IMG/VR virus record: IMGVR_UViG_3300005613_000061
Span: 1-63,788 of that record
Source: a virus
Lineage: Duplodnaviria > Caudoviricetes
Length of the DNA stretch: 63,788 nt
Strand: one strand, 5' to 3'
The notes under the pieces were generated by a model. The model did not search any database, had not been told where the DNA came from, and worked only from the letters and a program-made list of their open reading frames with translations. Below are positions 55,101-63,230 of this stretch, one piece after another. The translations under genes were made by a program, and so were the position numbers. The stretch's first letter is position 1; the number at the start of each line of letters is the position of its first letter.

Positions 55101-55613
55101 CAAGAGTTTAAAGTAACGTATGTTTATAAATCAAGTACGCCAGTTTACGCAGACACCGGCTGGATTGGAACAGCATACGAAGACTTTAATGTACAAACGT
55201 CACATATTATACTTGACACACGTTTTAGAAAACAAATAGTACAGGGAGAAGTCATAAGAGATGATAGCGGAGAACTATTAAAGTATGCTAAACAATTAAT
55301 AGAACCATACAAAGACTGGTATTTGGGCGGTAGTGTTGAGTTAAATGATGTACGTTACGAACTTGAATTAGACAAGTTTATTAACTTCTCAGGCACCACA
55401 CAAGACTGGACAGACATTAATGCCTTTGTTAAAATGATACGCTGGGACTTTGTGAATCATCAAACATCAATAGACTTGACAAATAACTATTTTGTAGGAG
55501 CATTTATTGACCCAGAAGTGGCAGTAGAAAAGAAAGTAATAGAAGACAGCGAAGAAATACAGAGAATATTAGCACGATTAAAGAAACTTGAAATCAACAC
55601 GAATCAGTTTTAA
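52170..55613 (+). CDS. tail tip/baseplate hub protein with discoidin (F5/8C) domain
   Basis: ASKAFD...PKDWVFQGSND...YRYYRL; hub-like YGYYLDTNRVLRF; C-terminal TSIDLTN. Confidence 0.7.
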   Translation: MSDPKFRDCVRYVLNVGNWVDEECLEIKESGGKSQYLFSLGTPYTDPGYAPIDPPSQSSDYVVSGTSGIISVQGVEPVNGSNGKFWTQEYNDKYFPGGIPANQGMLAEVKSPYWAFRLTRTTCNFDNVLSNLALMRQIYKPSDGYRVVAVQNEVTPLTEEPLSEYWDIRNEKQEGSTVAGDESFFGNMENKSGTGEGSSAEDYAGEDNPVDTDLTNKIARLHENGDETGVVHANDKLTFTPPQSVLTLSGTHDEKKEDSPGFGNYFDETNVKSPSIQVNLLDDKWEQYLDTTSSWQPLGATPQLSYQRKGVRKDMTQVTKIVVYLRKTTEEKKVTPVEKVKDKPAFRLPDPGSYSNKIDGGVNDRSLGQRFQGASYSDFVGYNQDNEVMFDSLYVPETSRWGENLDFTDPDTEYHYKKLGKSIVGGEGDFLSYDMYIEEITKNLSDASTMTFVENIKYDDVGANIILNGTASTTGSEQAGFEASKAFDWLDNTYYQSQVGGASLMYDFQRTVIAETTLTVGCTAGDASITVGDTSDLPSKGNVILNGTDYVSYESKTAATLTGIPADGDFAVDTHLSGVSVTWELSHVSRQIKKYAIKVRTTNPENYPKDWVFQGSNDATNWDDLDTQTGVTWESGEEKVFSCLDNVTNYRYYRLKDLVPTGDIGTYPVEIVDVQMFESDTWDTGSWVYGALVTPTGAQTVFHGIIVSKQRTLSENGQIVRYQAAGLIQKLNELGFAFEISLRDKNIQEIAQIIVDAIPNSIITSAEGIELLPTTVVPEIDWQTITYKRALDMLMDQAGQYGYYLDTNRVLRFINLKYNADEDTSRQITYEIPEEGEAYDDTKHFVLNKELSIDVTQAKTKCMAHGEKIEIELTEIIPVVESAEGQTPPYALIVESSDATPPGAYERTFLVVLSNTDVQAQLLSDEDKAIDVKTYYPSFRVGSVRFAKGWWNPRNNPFNFVIHDTFSAFNISAYNFAQEFKVTYVYKSSTPVYADTGWIGTAYEDFNVQTSHIILDTRFRKQIVQGEVIRDDSGELLKYAKQLIEPYKDWYLGGSVELNDVRYELELDKFINFSGTTQDWTDINAFVKMIRWDFVNHQTSIDLTNNYFVGAFIDPEVAVEKKVIEDSEEIQRILARLKKLEINTNQF

Positions 55614-56142
55614 CTATATAATACTTGCACAAATCCTCAGTTATAGACCATAATTCCTTTAATTATAAGCAGTTAAATATCTATAGACCCTAAATATCCA
55701 TATACTTATAGTTAAACTATAACTTGCCCAAATTATAAGTATATAGCGCCTAACGTCTTTAATTATAAGCATTTATAACCTTGACTCCATCTGACCTTCC
55801 TAAAACTATACCCGACTACAATAAACCCTATTAAAGCCTTATATACATAACTTCTTTCCTAGCAAGTAGTTATGCGATATAGGCCGGATACATGCGTATA
55901 TACATCATATATACGCCACAGAATAGCCGGAACCGCTCCAATTCTTACCTGTATGAAGCCATTATTTAAATAGAATATGTTATATATACACAATTTAAAG
56001 CCCTTTAAAACGCGAATATGGAGACCGTTTATATAAGCTATTGCTATATAACATATTAGGTTATTTTTTTCATTTATTTTAGTTATAGCTATGTACAAAT
56101 TAGCTACGGCATGTTATTATATAAGTAACAAGGGGAAACAAG
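55614..56142. other. non-coding palindrome-rich region, candidate origin or genome end
   Basis: largest gene-free gap; reversed purine skew; hairpin GCGTATATA-CATCA-TATATACGC (55894-55916); IHF-like motifs. Confidence 0.5.
56072..56120 (+). promoter_or_regulatory. sigma70-like promoter, second copy of the 29-bp repeat
   Basis: TGTACA(56092-56097), 17 bp, TG-n-TATTAT(56115-56120); AAGGGG RBS. Confidence 0.65.
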
Positions 56143-56346
56143 ATGAAAAAAATAAGAGGGTTTAAATTTATAGGGTATCAAAACACATATAAAAAGGCGG
56201 TATGGAGTAAGGTACTAGCCGACGTAACGCCGCTTTATCAATGTACGAAGTGTGAAACAACATATCCACTTATTGAAGATAATGTAATGTGTAACGGGAA
56301 AATACTAAATAAATGTATATGTGCAAATCGAAAGGAGTATATATGA
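56143..56346 (+). CDS. small Cys-rich protein
   Basis: CTKC...CIC; RBS. Confidence 0.55.
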   Translation: MKKIRGFKFIGYQNTYKKAVWSKVLADVTPLYQCTKCETTYPLIEDNVMCNGKILNKCICANRKEYI

Positions 56347-56969
56347 CAACTAAAAAGCAGTTACCCGTAAAAGGACAAGAAGTAAAAATAGTAAGTACAG
56401 GCCAATCAGCCATATGTATAGGATACGCGGATGTATGGTGTTGTATTATTATTGTAAGATTAAACGAAACAAATGTAGAAAAGATGTATCATGTAAAAGA
56501 TTTAGATTATGTAATAGATGAAGCATTAGCGAAAGTTCCAGAAAAAGATAGATGGATAATGGCGGAAGTTAAAGAAATAAAACGAAAATATCCAAAAATT
56601 AGAATAACTAGAAAAGTCCGACAAGATGAGGATTCTGAAAGCAATGCCTATAAACCATACCTTTATGACGAAATCTCGGAAATTTATTTAAATATAATAC
56701 CTTATTTAACCGATAAATATAATTTTAAAAATTATAACCAGGCTTTAGAAGATTTTGTAGTTACTGTAGATAAACTAGCAAAAAAATTAAAACGGTCATT
56801 TGGTGGTGTAGTTGCACAGTTTATTAAAACAGTCTTTTATATAAGTGTTAAACAACAAGCAAGTACAACAGATGCGTTTAGAGAAAACAATGGTCTTGTA
56901 TTATGCCCTAATGCTACTACAACTAATATTATGCAAACAATAGTAAAATATGGTGCAAAAATAAAATAA
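56343..56969 (+). CDS. hypothetical protein
   Basis: AAGGAG RBS before ATG 56343. Confidence 0.65.
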   Translation: MTTKKQLPVKGQEVKIVSTGQSAICIGYADVWCCIIIVRLNETNVEKMYHVKDLDYVIDEALAKVPEKDRWIMAEVKEIKRKYPKIRITRKVRQDEDSESNAYKPYLYDEISEIYLNIIPYLTDKYNFKNYNQALEDFVVTVDKLAKKLKRSFGGVVAQFIKTVFYISVKQQASTTDAFRENNGLVLCPNATTTNIMQTIVKYGAKIK

Positions 56970-56997
56970 ATTTAATATAATGTAAGGAGTTGCTACT

Positions 56998-57189
56998 ATG
57001 ACTAATCAAAAGAAGACTGCAACAGAGTACTTAAAAGATTATTGGTACAAATCAAAAGTTTTGGGAATCGGAATAGAGACTAATATGGATGATTTATTGT
57101 CCGACGCTAAAGCTATGGGACCAAATAATTTAAAGGAACTTATGATAGATTTTTATGAATACAAAATAATTCCAGTAATTGACATTTGA
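56998..57189 (+). CDS. hypothetical protein
   Basis: AAGGAG RBS. Confidence 0.6.
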   Translation: MTNQKKTATEYLKDYWYKSKVLGIGIETNMDDLLSDAKAMGPNNLKELMIDFYEYKIIPVIDI

Positions 57190-57250
57190 ACAGGGTATAA
57201 TAGAGTATATAAATCTATAACAATTTAATAACTTAATGAGGAGAAAACTA

Positions 57251-57679
57251 ATGTCAGAGACTAAGAGAGAGAAGCAATTAAAAATCCTACTCACGGAAGC
57301 AAAACCTATTTTTTCCAAAATTGATAAGATAGGGAAGGAATTATTTGAGGGAACAGACAGAAAGTTAGACTATTATTATAATATACTAGACGTATTGAGT
57401 GGGTGTTATACGTACTTGGCACCAAATACAAAACGTTTAGAGTCTGACAAGAAAAACGATGAATTGGATAAGTACATGAATTTGAAAATGGAGGCGGCAA
57501 ATAACGAAACAAAATTTGTATCGGCTCCTGCAGAACGTGAAGCGTCATTGACTGTAAAACATTTACGAAAAGCACGTAATGTTTTTCAAGGGTATTTAGA
57601 GGCAACAGCCATGAATATAAATACAGCAAAACGTCATATTCGTAGTTACGAGAATGAGAATCAAGTACAAATTGATTAA
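57251..57679 (+). CDS. helical protein, possibly UvsY-like
   Basis: GAGGAG RBS; long helices; position in replication module; family call weak. Confidence 0.45.
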   Translation: MSETKREKQLKILLTEAKPIFSKIDKIGKELFEGTDRKLDYYYNILDVLSGCYTYLAPNTKRLESDKKNDELDKYMNLKMEAANNETKFVSAPAEREASLTVKHLRKARNVFQGYLEATAMNINTAKRHIRSYENENQVQID

Positions 57680-57706
57680 TAGGGTATAATAGAAGGAGGG
57701 GAAACT

Positions 57707-58162
57707 ATGACTAATTTAACGTTAGCCGTGATAGGGTATAAAGTTACGGACGAATCGGATTTACTAGTTTTAATTCTACAAGAGGTAAGAGGGATAGTAG
57801 AAAAATGTATACTAGGCAGCGGACTTCAATCGCTTTCGCAAGTTATTAGAGATGAAATAGTTGCAGACTGTAATACATTTGTATTGTTAAAAGCCATAGA
57901 AAGTTTTGACGAGAGCAAAGGCACAGAGTTTTCAACACATTTTTATTGGCAAGTACGACATTATGTGTCACATGCGCAAACAAAATTATATAGACAGAAG
58001 AGGCGAGGCAGATTATATGCGTATAGTCTTGATGACTATAGATATACAAATAATACTGAAAAAAATAGAGCTAGTTTGGCGGATACTATTCCCAGTAGTG
58101 GAACTGCCATAAAACTGCGAGAAAGAACGCTTACAGAATTATATAACATTTTTAATATTTAA
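57707..58162 (+). CDS. sigma-factor-like protein, region 2 only
   Basis: LLKAIESFDESKGTEFSTHFYWQVR matches sigma70 regions 2.3-2.4; 151 aa, no region-4 HTH evident. Confidence 0.75.
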   Translation: MTNLTLAVIGYKVTDESDLLVLILQEVRGIVEKCILGSGLQSLSQVIRDEIVADCNTFVLLKAIESFDESKGTEFSTHFYWQVRHYVSHAQTKLYRQKRRGRLYAYSLDDYRYTNNTEKNRASLADTIPSSGTAIKLRERTLTELYNIFNI

Positions 58163-58176
58163 ACTAGGAGTATAAT

Positions 58177-60438
58177 TTGAAAATAAAAAATGCAGGCGAA
58201 GTAATTGACCAATTACGTGCGTTGCTACCTACTTATTTACGTGATAGCGAATTAATTTTTAAGTCTCAAAGTAACAGAGAGAATTTTCAATGTCCTAATC
58301 ACAACGAACACGAAAAGGGCAAGAATGATACACGTCCCTCCTGTGGATTTATTCCAGACAGTGATAATGAGAGATTCCATTGTTTTACGTGCGGTATATG
58401 CGGAGATATTTTTACAGCAGTAAAGTGTTTAGAGGGCAAAGATATTACAGGAGCAAATTTTTATAATGTAGTAAAAGAATTGGCACATAGATATAATATA
58501 AAATATGAGACCGAGGAGCCAACAGAAGATGAAAGACGTTTTATGCTCGCACAGAAGTTCTTAACTACAATTATATCTCAATCAAATATATATTTACTAC
58601 AGAAGAAGCCCAAAAAAGTAATAAATTACTTAAAAAAACGTGAGTGGAATACATTGGCGGAAGACTATAAATTTGGGTACCTTCCCGCAAGTTCACAAGT
58701 AAAAGACTTTTTTATTAAGACATTTACGAAACATCCTGTACTAAAAGAAATGATAAGCATTAGTGATGAATTGATAACAGACCGTTTAATAATTCCTGTA
58801 CTATCGCAACACGGGACTATATTAGGGTTAATAACACGAGAAATTAATAACGGCGATAAACGTGGGAAGTATAGAAAACATTTTTTGAAAGTACTAAAGA
58901 ATGATGGTATATTATTCAATCTTAAAAAAGATATGTCTAGCGCCTACATTGTAGAAGGCTCTAGTAGCGTACTAACTATGGAGAATTATGGCATTGATAA
59001 CTCAGTAGCAGTATTAGGAAGTAGCTTTACAGAGGATATGTATAATAAATTGATTAAACACGGCGTATATGAGATAACATTGTGCTTTGATGGGGATAAT
59101 GCAGGACAAAAATGTTATGATAAAGCGATAACAATAGTACAAAATAAACCAGACATCAAAGTATATATTAAAAAATTACCGGAGGAACTAGACCCAGATG
59201 ACTATATAAGGCAGTATGGCAAAGAGGCATTTGAAAAATTAAATAGGATAAGTTTATTTAAATATCAATTATTCCGATTACGGGAAGATATGGAAAACAT
59301 AAGTTTGAAACACTCGGTATATAGTTTAATATTATCGTGCGATGATAATATTATTCAAGAACGTATGTTTAAGTTATTCATTAAAACACTTAAGACACAA
59401 AAAACTGCATTAATGGCAGAGTTAAAAAAATTTGAGATGTTAGGAAAGTCAATGAATGATTTTACGGTTACAGAAATGCTAGAGGAAAAAGACAGTCTTA
59501 CGACGCATATAGGAAAATTTGAAGAGACGGCATGGAGAGGCGATAAGTTACTGGGAGTTAGCACTGGATTTAATATATTGGATGATAAACTTGACGGAAT
59601 ACAGTCAGGTTTACATGAGATAGGAGGCACATGGAACGTAGGGAAGAGTGCATTTTTATTATCTATAGCGTTAAATATGCTAAAAAATCCTGACGTACAT
59701 GTTTTGTATTTCTCTATAGATGACCCAATATTAACTAAAACAATTCCACGAGCATTAGCAAACTTAAGTATGATACCGATAAATACGGCGGCAAATCCAT
59801 ATTATAGAATACAGAAGAATGAAACATTAAAAGAGATTGAACGTATAGAATTAACCCAGAAAAGAGAAAAAGCTTTGGACCTCTTAAGAAATTTAAGTAC
59901 TCGTTTTAGTTTAAAGGATGCTAGTGATGGGTATAATTTAGACTTCATAGAGAAAATGATTAAGATACGGCGACTAATAGCCGAAGATAAAAAATTAGTT
60001 TTATTCGTGGACTTCTTACATATGGTATCTGATGGTAAGAACACAGACGAAACGGCATTATTAACCGAAGTAAGTAGGTCATTTAAAAGATGGAGTACAT
60101 TGTACAATATGCCAGTAATAACTACTGTGCAAAGTATAAAAAGTAGCAGTACGGGAACCAAGATGAATGATAGGGATATTAAGGGTAGCGTATCGTTGCA
60201 ATATGACGCCGACACAATTATGCTACTGTCTAGCGAGTTTTATAGCGACCCTAAGACTCAGATGTATTTTCGAGACGAAGACGGAGAAGCTAGACCTATT
60301 GTACGAGTAAAGATAACTAAAAATAAAATAAGCGGGTACAAAGGAACATTGTTTTATAAGTTTTATCCAGAATATAGTTTATTTAAGGAATGTGAAGAAG
60401 AAGAAATGAGAAAGCATAGGGGAGGAGTAGAGAGATAG
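58177..60438 (+). CDS. DNA primase-helicase fusion (Zn finger, TOPRIM, DnaB-like helicase)
   Basis: CPNH...CFTC, IVEG, CFDGDNAG, DPDD; GTWNVGKS, FVDFLH, IKGSVSLQYDAD. Confidence 0.92.
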   Translation: MKIKNAGEVIDQLRALLPTYLRDSELIFKSQSNRENFQCPNHNEHEKGKNDTRPSCGFIPDSDNERFHCFTCGICGDIFTAVKCLEGKDITGANFYNVVKELAHRYNIKYETEEPTEDERRFMLAQKFLTTIISQSNIYLLQKKPKKVINYLKKREWNTLAEDYKFGYLPASSQVKDFFIKTFTKHPVLKEMISISDELITDRLIIPVLSQHGTILGLITREINNGDKRGKYRKHFLKVLKNDGILFNLKKDMSSAYIVEGSSSVLTMENYGIDNSVAVLGSSFTEDMYNKLIKHGVYEITLCFDGDNAGQKCYDKAITIVQNKPDIKVYIKKLPEELDPDDYIRQYGKEAFEKLNRISLFKYQLFRLREDMENISLKHSVYSLILSCDDNIIQERMFKLFIKTLKTQKTALMAELKKFEMLGKSMNDFTVTEMLEEKDSLTTHIGKFEETAWRGDKLLGVSTGFNILDDKLDGIQSGLHEIGGTWNVGKSAFLLSIALNMLKNPDVHVLYFSIDDPILTKTIPRALANLSMIPINTAANPYYRIQKNETLKEIERIELTQKREKALDLLRNLSTRFSLKDASDGYNLDFIEKMIKIRRLIAEDKKLVLFVDFLHMVSDGKNTDETALLTEVSRSFKRWSTLYNMPVITTVQSIKSSSTGTKMNDRDIKGSVSLQYDADTIMLLSSEFYSDPKTQMYFRDEDGEARPIVRVKITKNKISGYKGTLFYKFYPEYSLFKECEEEEMRKHRGGVER

Positions 60439-60440
60439 CC

Positions 60441-62963
60441 ATGGCTAAATGTGAAAAATGTGACCTATATAAAACATCATGCGCAGGAAAGTTTACTCGT
60501 GTAATGATAAACGACTACGGAAACTTTGAGTCGGATATTTTAATTGTTGGGGGCGCTCCCGGGTATCAAGAGGTAGTGGATAATGAACCTTTTGTAGGAG
60601 AAGCTGGGAGATTAGTGCGAAAAAATTTGCAGTCCTTAGGGCTAGGAGAGAATGACTACTACATGACTAGCATATGTCTATGTCGTCCACCAGAGGGAAG
60701 AGAGCCTTCCAAGAACGAAGTAGCAACATGTTTTAAGTACTTGGAAGATAAAATATTAAATATGAAGCCCCGCGTTATAGGACTACTAGGAAAAACCGCA
60801 TGTACGGCTTTTGGCATAACAGATAAGATAACAGCTATACATGGAAATCAAGTATGGAGTAAGAAATATAATTGCTGGTTATTGCCACTATATAAGGCGG
60901 GCTACGTGTTAAAATTTATAAATATGGCGAAACAACGAAGAGAATTTTTAGCGGATTTAGGCAAGTTAAAGACATTAAATATAGAGGATAAGGATAAGGA
61001 AGATGTAAAATATGCTGTGGCTGATACTATGGAGAAGGTTAAAAAAGCCCTTATATATCTTTTAAAACAAAAGTATGTCGTATTTGATATTGAGACCAAT
61101 ACTTTAGATTTTCAACAGTCTAAAATAGCATGTATATCATTTTCGGCTAAAGTAGGTACTGCGATAGTTATACCATATCAATATGATACAATATTTACTA
61201 AAAAGGAACAGAAGTTGATTAAGAGAGGACTACAGAAGTTCTTTAGTAGTTCAGTAAAGAAGGTTGCCCAGTATGGCAAATTTGATATAAAGCATCTTAT
61301 GAAACAAAATATTATAGTAAATAATTATGTATTTGATACTGGGCTAGCACATTATTTATTAGATGAAAAAGGATTACATAACTTAGACATACTTATACAG
61401 AGTTATACAGACATGAGAAGCCACAAAAAAGATATTAGCGAATACTTAAAATCTTTAAAGGGAGAAATATTTAATAAAATTTTTGAGTTGGAACCAAGTA
61501 AGCTGTTTAGTTATGCCGCAAAAGATGCTGACGCGGAGTTCAGACTTTTTCTAAAACTATTAAAACTTTTAAAGAATAATAATTTATTAACGTTATTTAC
61601 GAATATAATGATGCCTTTAACAATGATTTTGGCGCAAATGGAACTTAAGGGAATTCTAGTTGACAAGGATTATGTAGATAAAATGAATGTACATTTTAAA
61701 TATAAATTAAAAACATTAACGATAGATTTATATAAAGATAATTTCGTAAATGAGTATGAAGAAAATAAATTTAAGCTATTAAAGTTAGAAGAGAAAAAAA
61801 AGAAACGCCCTCCAAAAAATCCATTAACAAGAGAAGATGCAAAAGTAAAATTTAATTTTAATAGCCCTGTTCAATTAAGAGAATTATTATATCAAGTAAT
61901 GGAAATAACACCTATAAAATATACTAAAAAATCTAAAAAATATCCTGATGGCAATCCGAGTACAGATAAAGATACATTAGAAACCTTAGCGCAAACTACG
62001 AAATATAAGTTATTAGCGGATTTATTAGCTTATAGGAAAGCAAAGAAATTGGCGGATTATGTTCAAAGTTATAAAGAACTTGCTGAAGATTCTTTAGATG
62101 GACGTATTCATACTAATTTTAATCAGGCAGTCACTGCAACAGGGCGATTAAGTAGCTCCGCACCAAATTTGCAAACTATACCTAGTAAAGAAAGAGACCC
62201 GGAAGGAGCCATATTAGTACGGAATTGTTTAATAGCTAAACCAGGTTATTCATTAATAGAGTCTGATTATTCTCAAATGGAATTTAAATTATGGGGAGCG
62301 TATTCTCAAGATAAGAGAATGATAGATTATATATTATCCGCAAATCCTAATGATGAGAATACGGATATACATAGACGAGTTGCTGCTATGATATTTAATA
62401 TACCCGTAGAGAAAGTAACAAAACATCAACGAGCTCTTTCAAAAGCTGCAGTTTACGGAGTAATTTATGGTATGACAGAGTATGCCTTAGCTGCAAAGTT
62501 TGATATTTCTGAAGCGGAGGCACTTAGAGTTATTAATGGTTTATTTAATACTTTTCCTCAAGGAGAAAAATGGATACAAGAACAAATTGCTATTGCGCAT
62601 GATACAGGCCAAGTACGTAATATGTTTGGTCGCATTAGAAGATTAGATGATATATATAATAGAGATAGGGGAAAAGTTTCTCATGCAGAACGTCAAGCAC
62701 AGAATTTTCCTATCCAAAGTGCAAGTGCGGATATAGCGTTTATGGCTATGATTAAATTAAATAAAGAAGTCTGTGATAATACAGCATATATGGTATTAAT
62801 GGTACACGATAGTATTATAGTAGAGTGTGAAGAGTCACGAGTTATAGAAGTAGCCACAAAGATGAAGTATGCTATGGAAAACGCGGTTAAGCTGTCTGTA
62901 CCGCTTCCTGTAGATGTAAAGGTTGGAAAAAAACTTGGAGAAATGTCAGAAATAGAATTTTAA
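60441..62963 (+). CDS. polA: DNA polymerase family A with N-terminal family-4 UDG-like domain (SPO1-type)
   Basis: CEKC, GGAPG...PFVGEAG, CRPP (UDG4-like); DIET, KFDI, YAAKDA (exonuclease); TGRLSS, DYSQME, KAAVYGVIYG, VHDS. Confidence 0.93.
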   Translation: MAKCEKCDLYKTSCAGKFTRVMINDYGNFESDILIVGGAPGYQEVVDNEPFVGEAGRLVRKNLQSLGLGENDYYMTSICLCRPPEGREPSKNEVATCFKYLEDKILNMKPRVIGLLGKTACTAFGITDKITAIHGNQVWSKKYNCWLLPLYKAGYVLKFINMAKQRREFLADLGKLKTLNIEDKDKEDVKYAVADTMEKVKKALIYLLKQKYVVFDIETNTLDFQQSKIACISFSAKVGTAIVIPYQYDTIFTKKEQKLIKRGLQKFFSSSVKKVAQYGKFDIKHLMKQNIIVNNYVFDTGLAHYLLDEKGLHNLDILIQSYTDMRSHKKDISEYLKSLKGEIFNKIFELEPSKLFSYAAKDADAEFRLFLKLLKLLKNNNLLTLFTNIMMPLTMILAQMELKGILVDKDYVDKMNVHFKYKLKTLTIDLYKDNFVNEYEENKFKLLKLEEKKKKRPPKNPLTREDAKVKFNFNSPVQLRELLYQVMEITPIKYTKKSKKYPDGNPSTDKDTLETLAQTTKYKLLADLLAYRKAKKLADYVQSYKELAEDSLDGRIHTNFNQAVTATGRLSSSAPNLQTIPSKERDPEGAILVRNCLIAKPGYSLIESDYSQMEFKLWGAYSQDKRMIDYILSANPNDENTDIHRRVAAMIFNIPVEKVTKHQRALSKAAVYGVIYGMTEYALAAKFDISEAEALRVINGLFNTFPQGEKWIQEQIAIAHDTGQVRNMFGRIRRLDDIYNRDRGKVSHAERQAQNFPIQSASADIAFMAMIKLNKEVCDNTAYMVLMVHDSIIVECEESRVIEVATKMKYAMENAVKLSVPLPVDVKVGKKLGEMSEIEF

Positions 62964-62996
62964 ATAGGGTATAATGTAATAGAAAGGGATATTGTT

Positions 62997-63203
62997 ATGT
63001 CAATTAAGATTAAAAAACATTACAGTCGTAATATTAATCTTGGTAATTATCAGACTCTACGAATAGGTATTGATATTGAAAAGGTTATATTAGACGAAAG
63101 TGAGATTGAGAAGACTAGCATTGAATTATTAAAGATTGGAAGTAAACAGGTTAATAAGGAGTTACGTAAATTAAAAGAAAAGCTATGCGATAAATCAATT
63201 TAA
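62997..63203 (+). CDS. hypothetical protein (INLGNYQTLRIG motif)
   Basis: AGGGTATAAT and AAGGGA RBS upstream. Confidence 0.65.
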   Translation: MSIKIKKHYSRNINLGNYQTLRIGIDIEKVILDESEIEKTSIELLKIGSKQVNKELRKLKEKLCDKSI

Positions 63204-63230
63204 CAAAATTAAAACAAAGGAGAAAGAATT

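Noticed and set aside
55859-56098. 79-aa minus-strand ORF in the non-coding gap
   Set aside because: It overlaps the promoter repeat and hairpins, lacks an RBS and has low-complexity AT-driven composition
17716-59937. Near-matches to the promoter motif inside genes (CGGGTATAAT at about 17715, TGGGTATAAT at about 59928)
   Set aside because: They encode Gly-Tyr-Asn deep within ORFs and lack the leading A, so they were not counted; the copy at 13455 also lies in coding sequence and may be coincidental
19712-62963. Inteins or introns in terminase, capsid, helicase or polymerase
   Set aside because: Proteins have normal lengths and contiguous motifs; no intein termini or split frames seen
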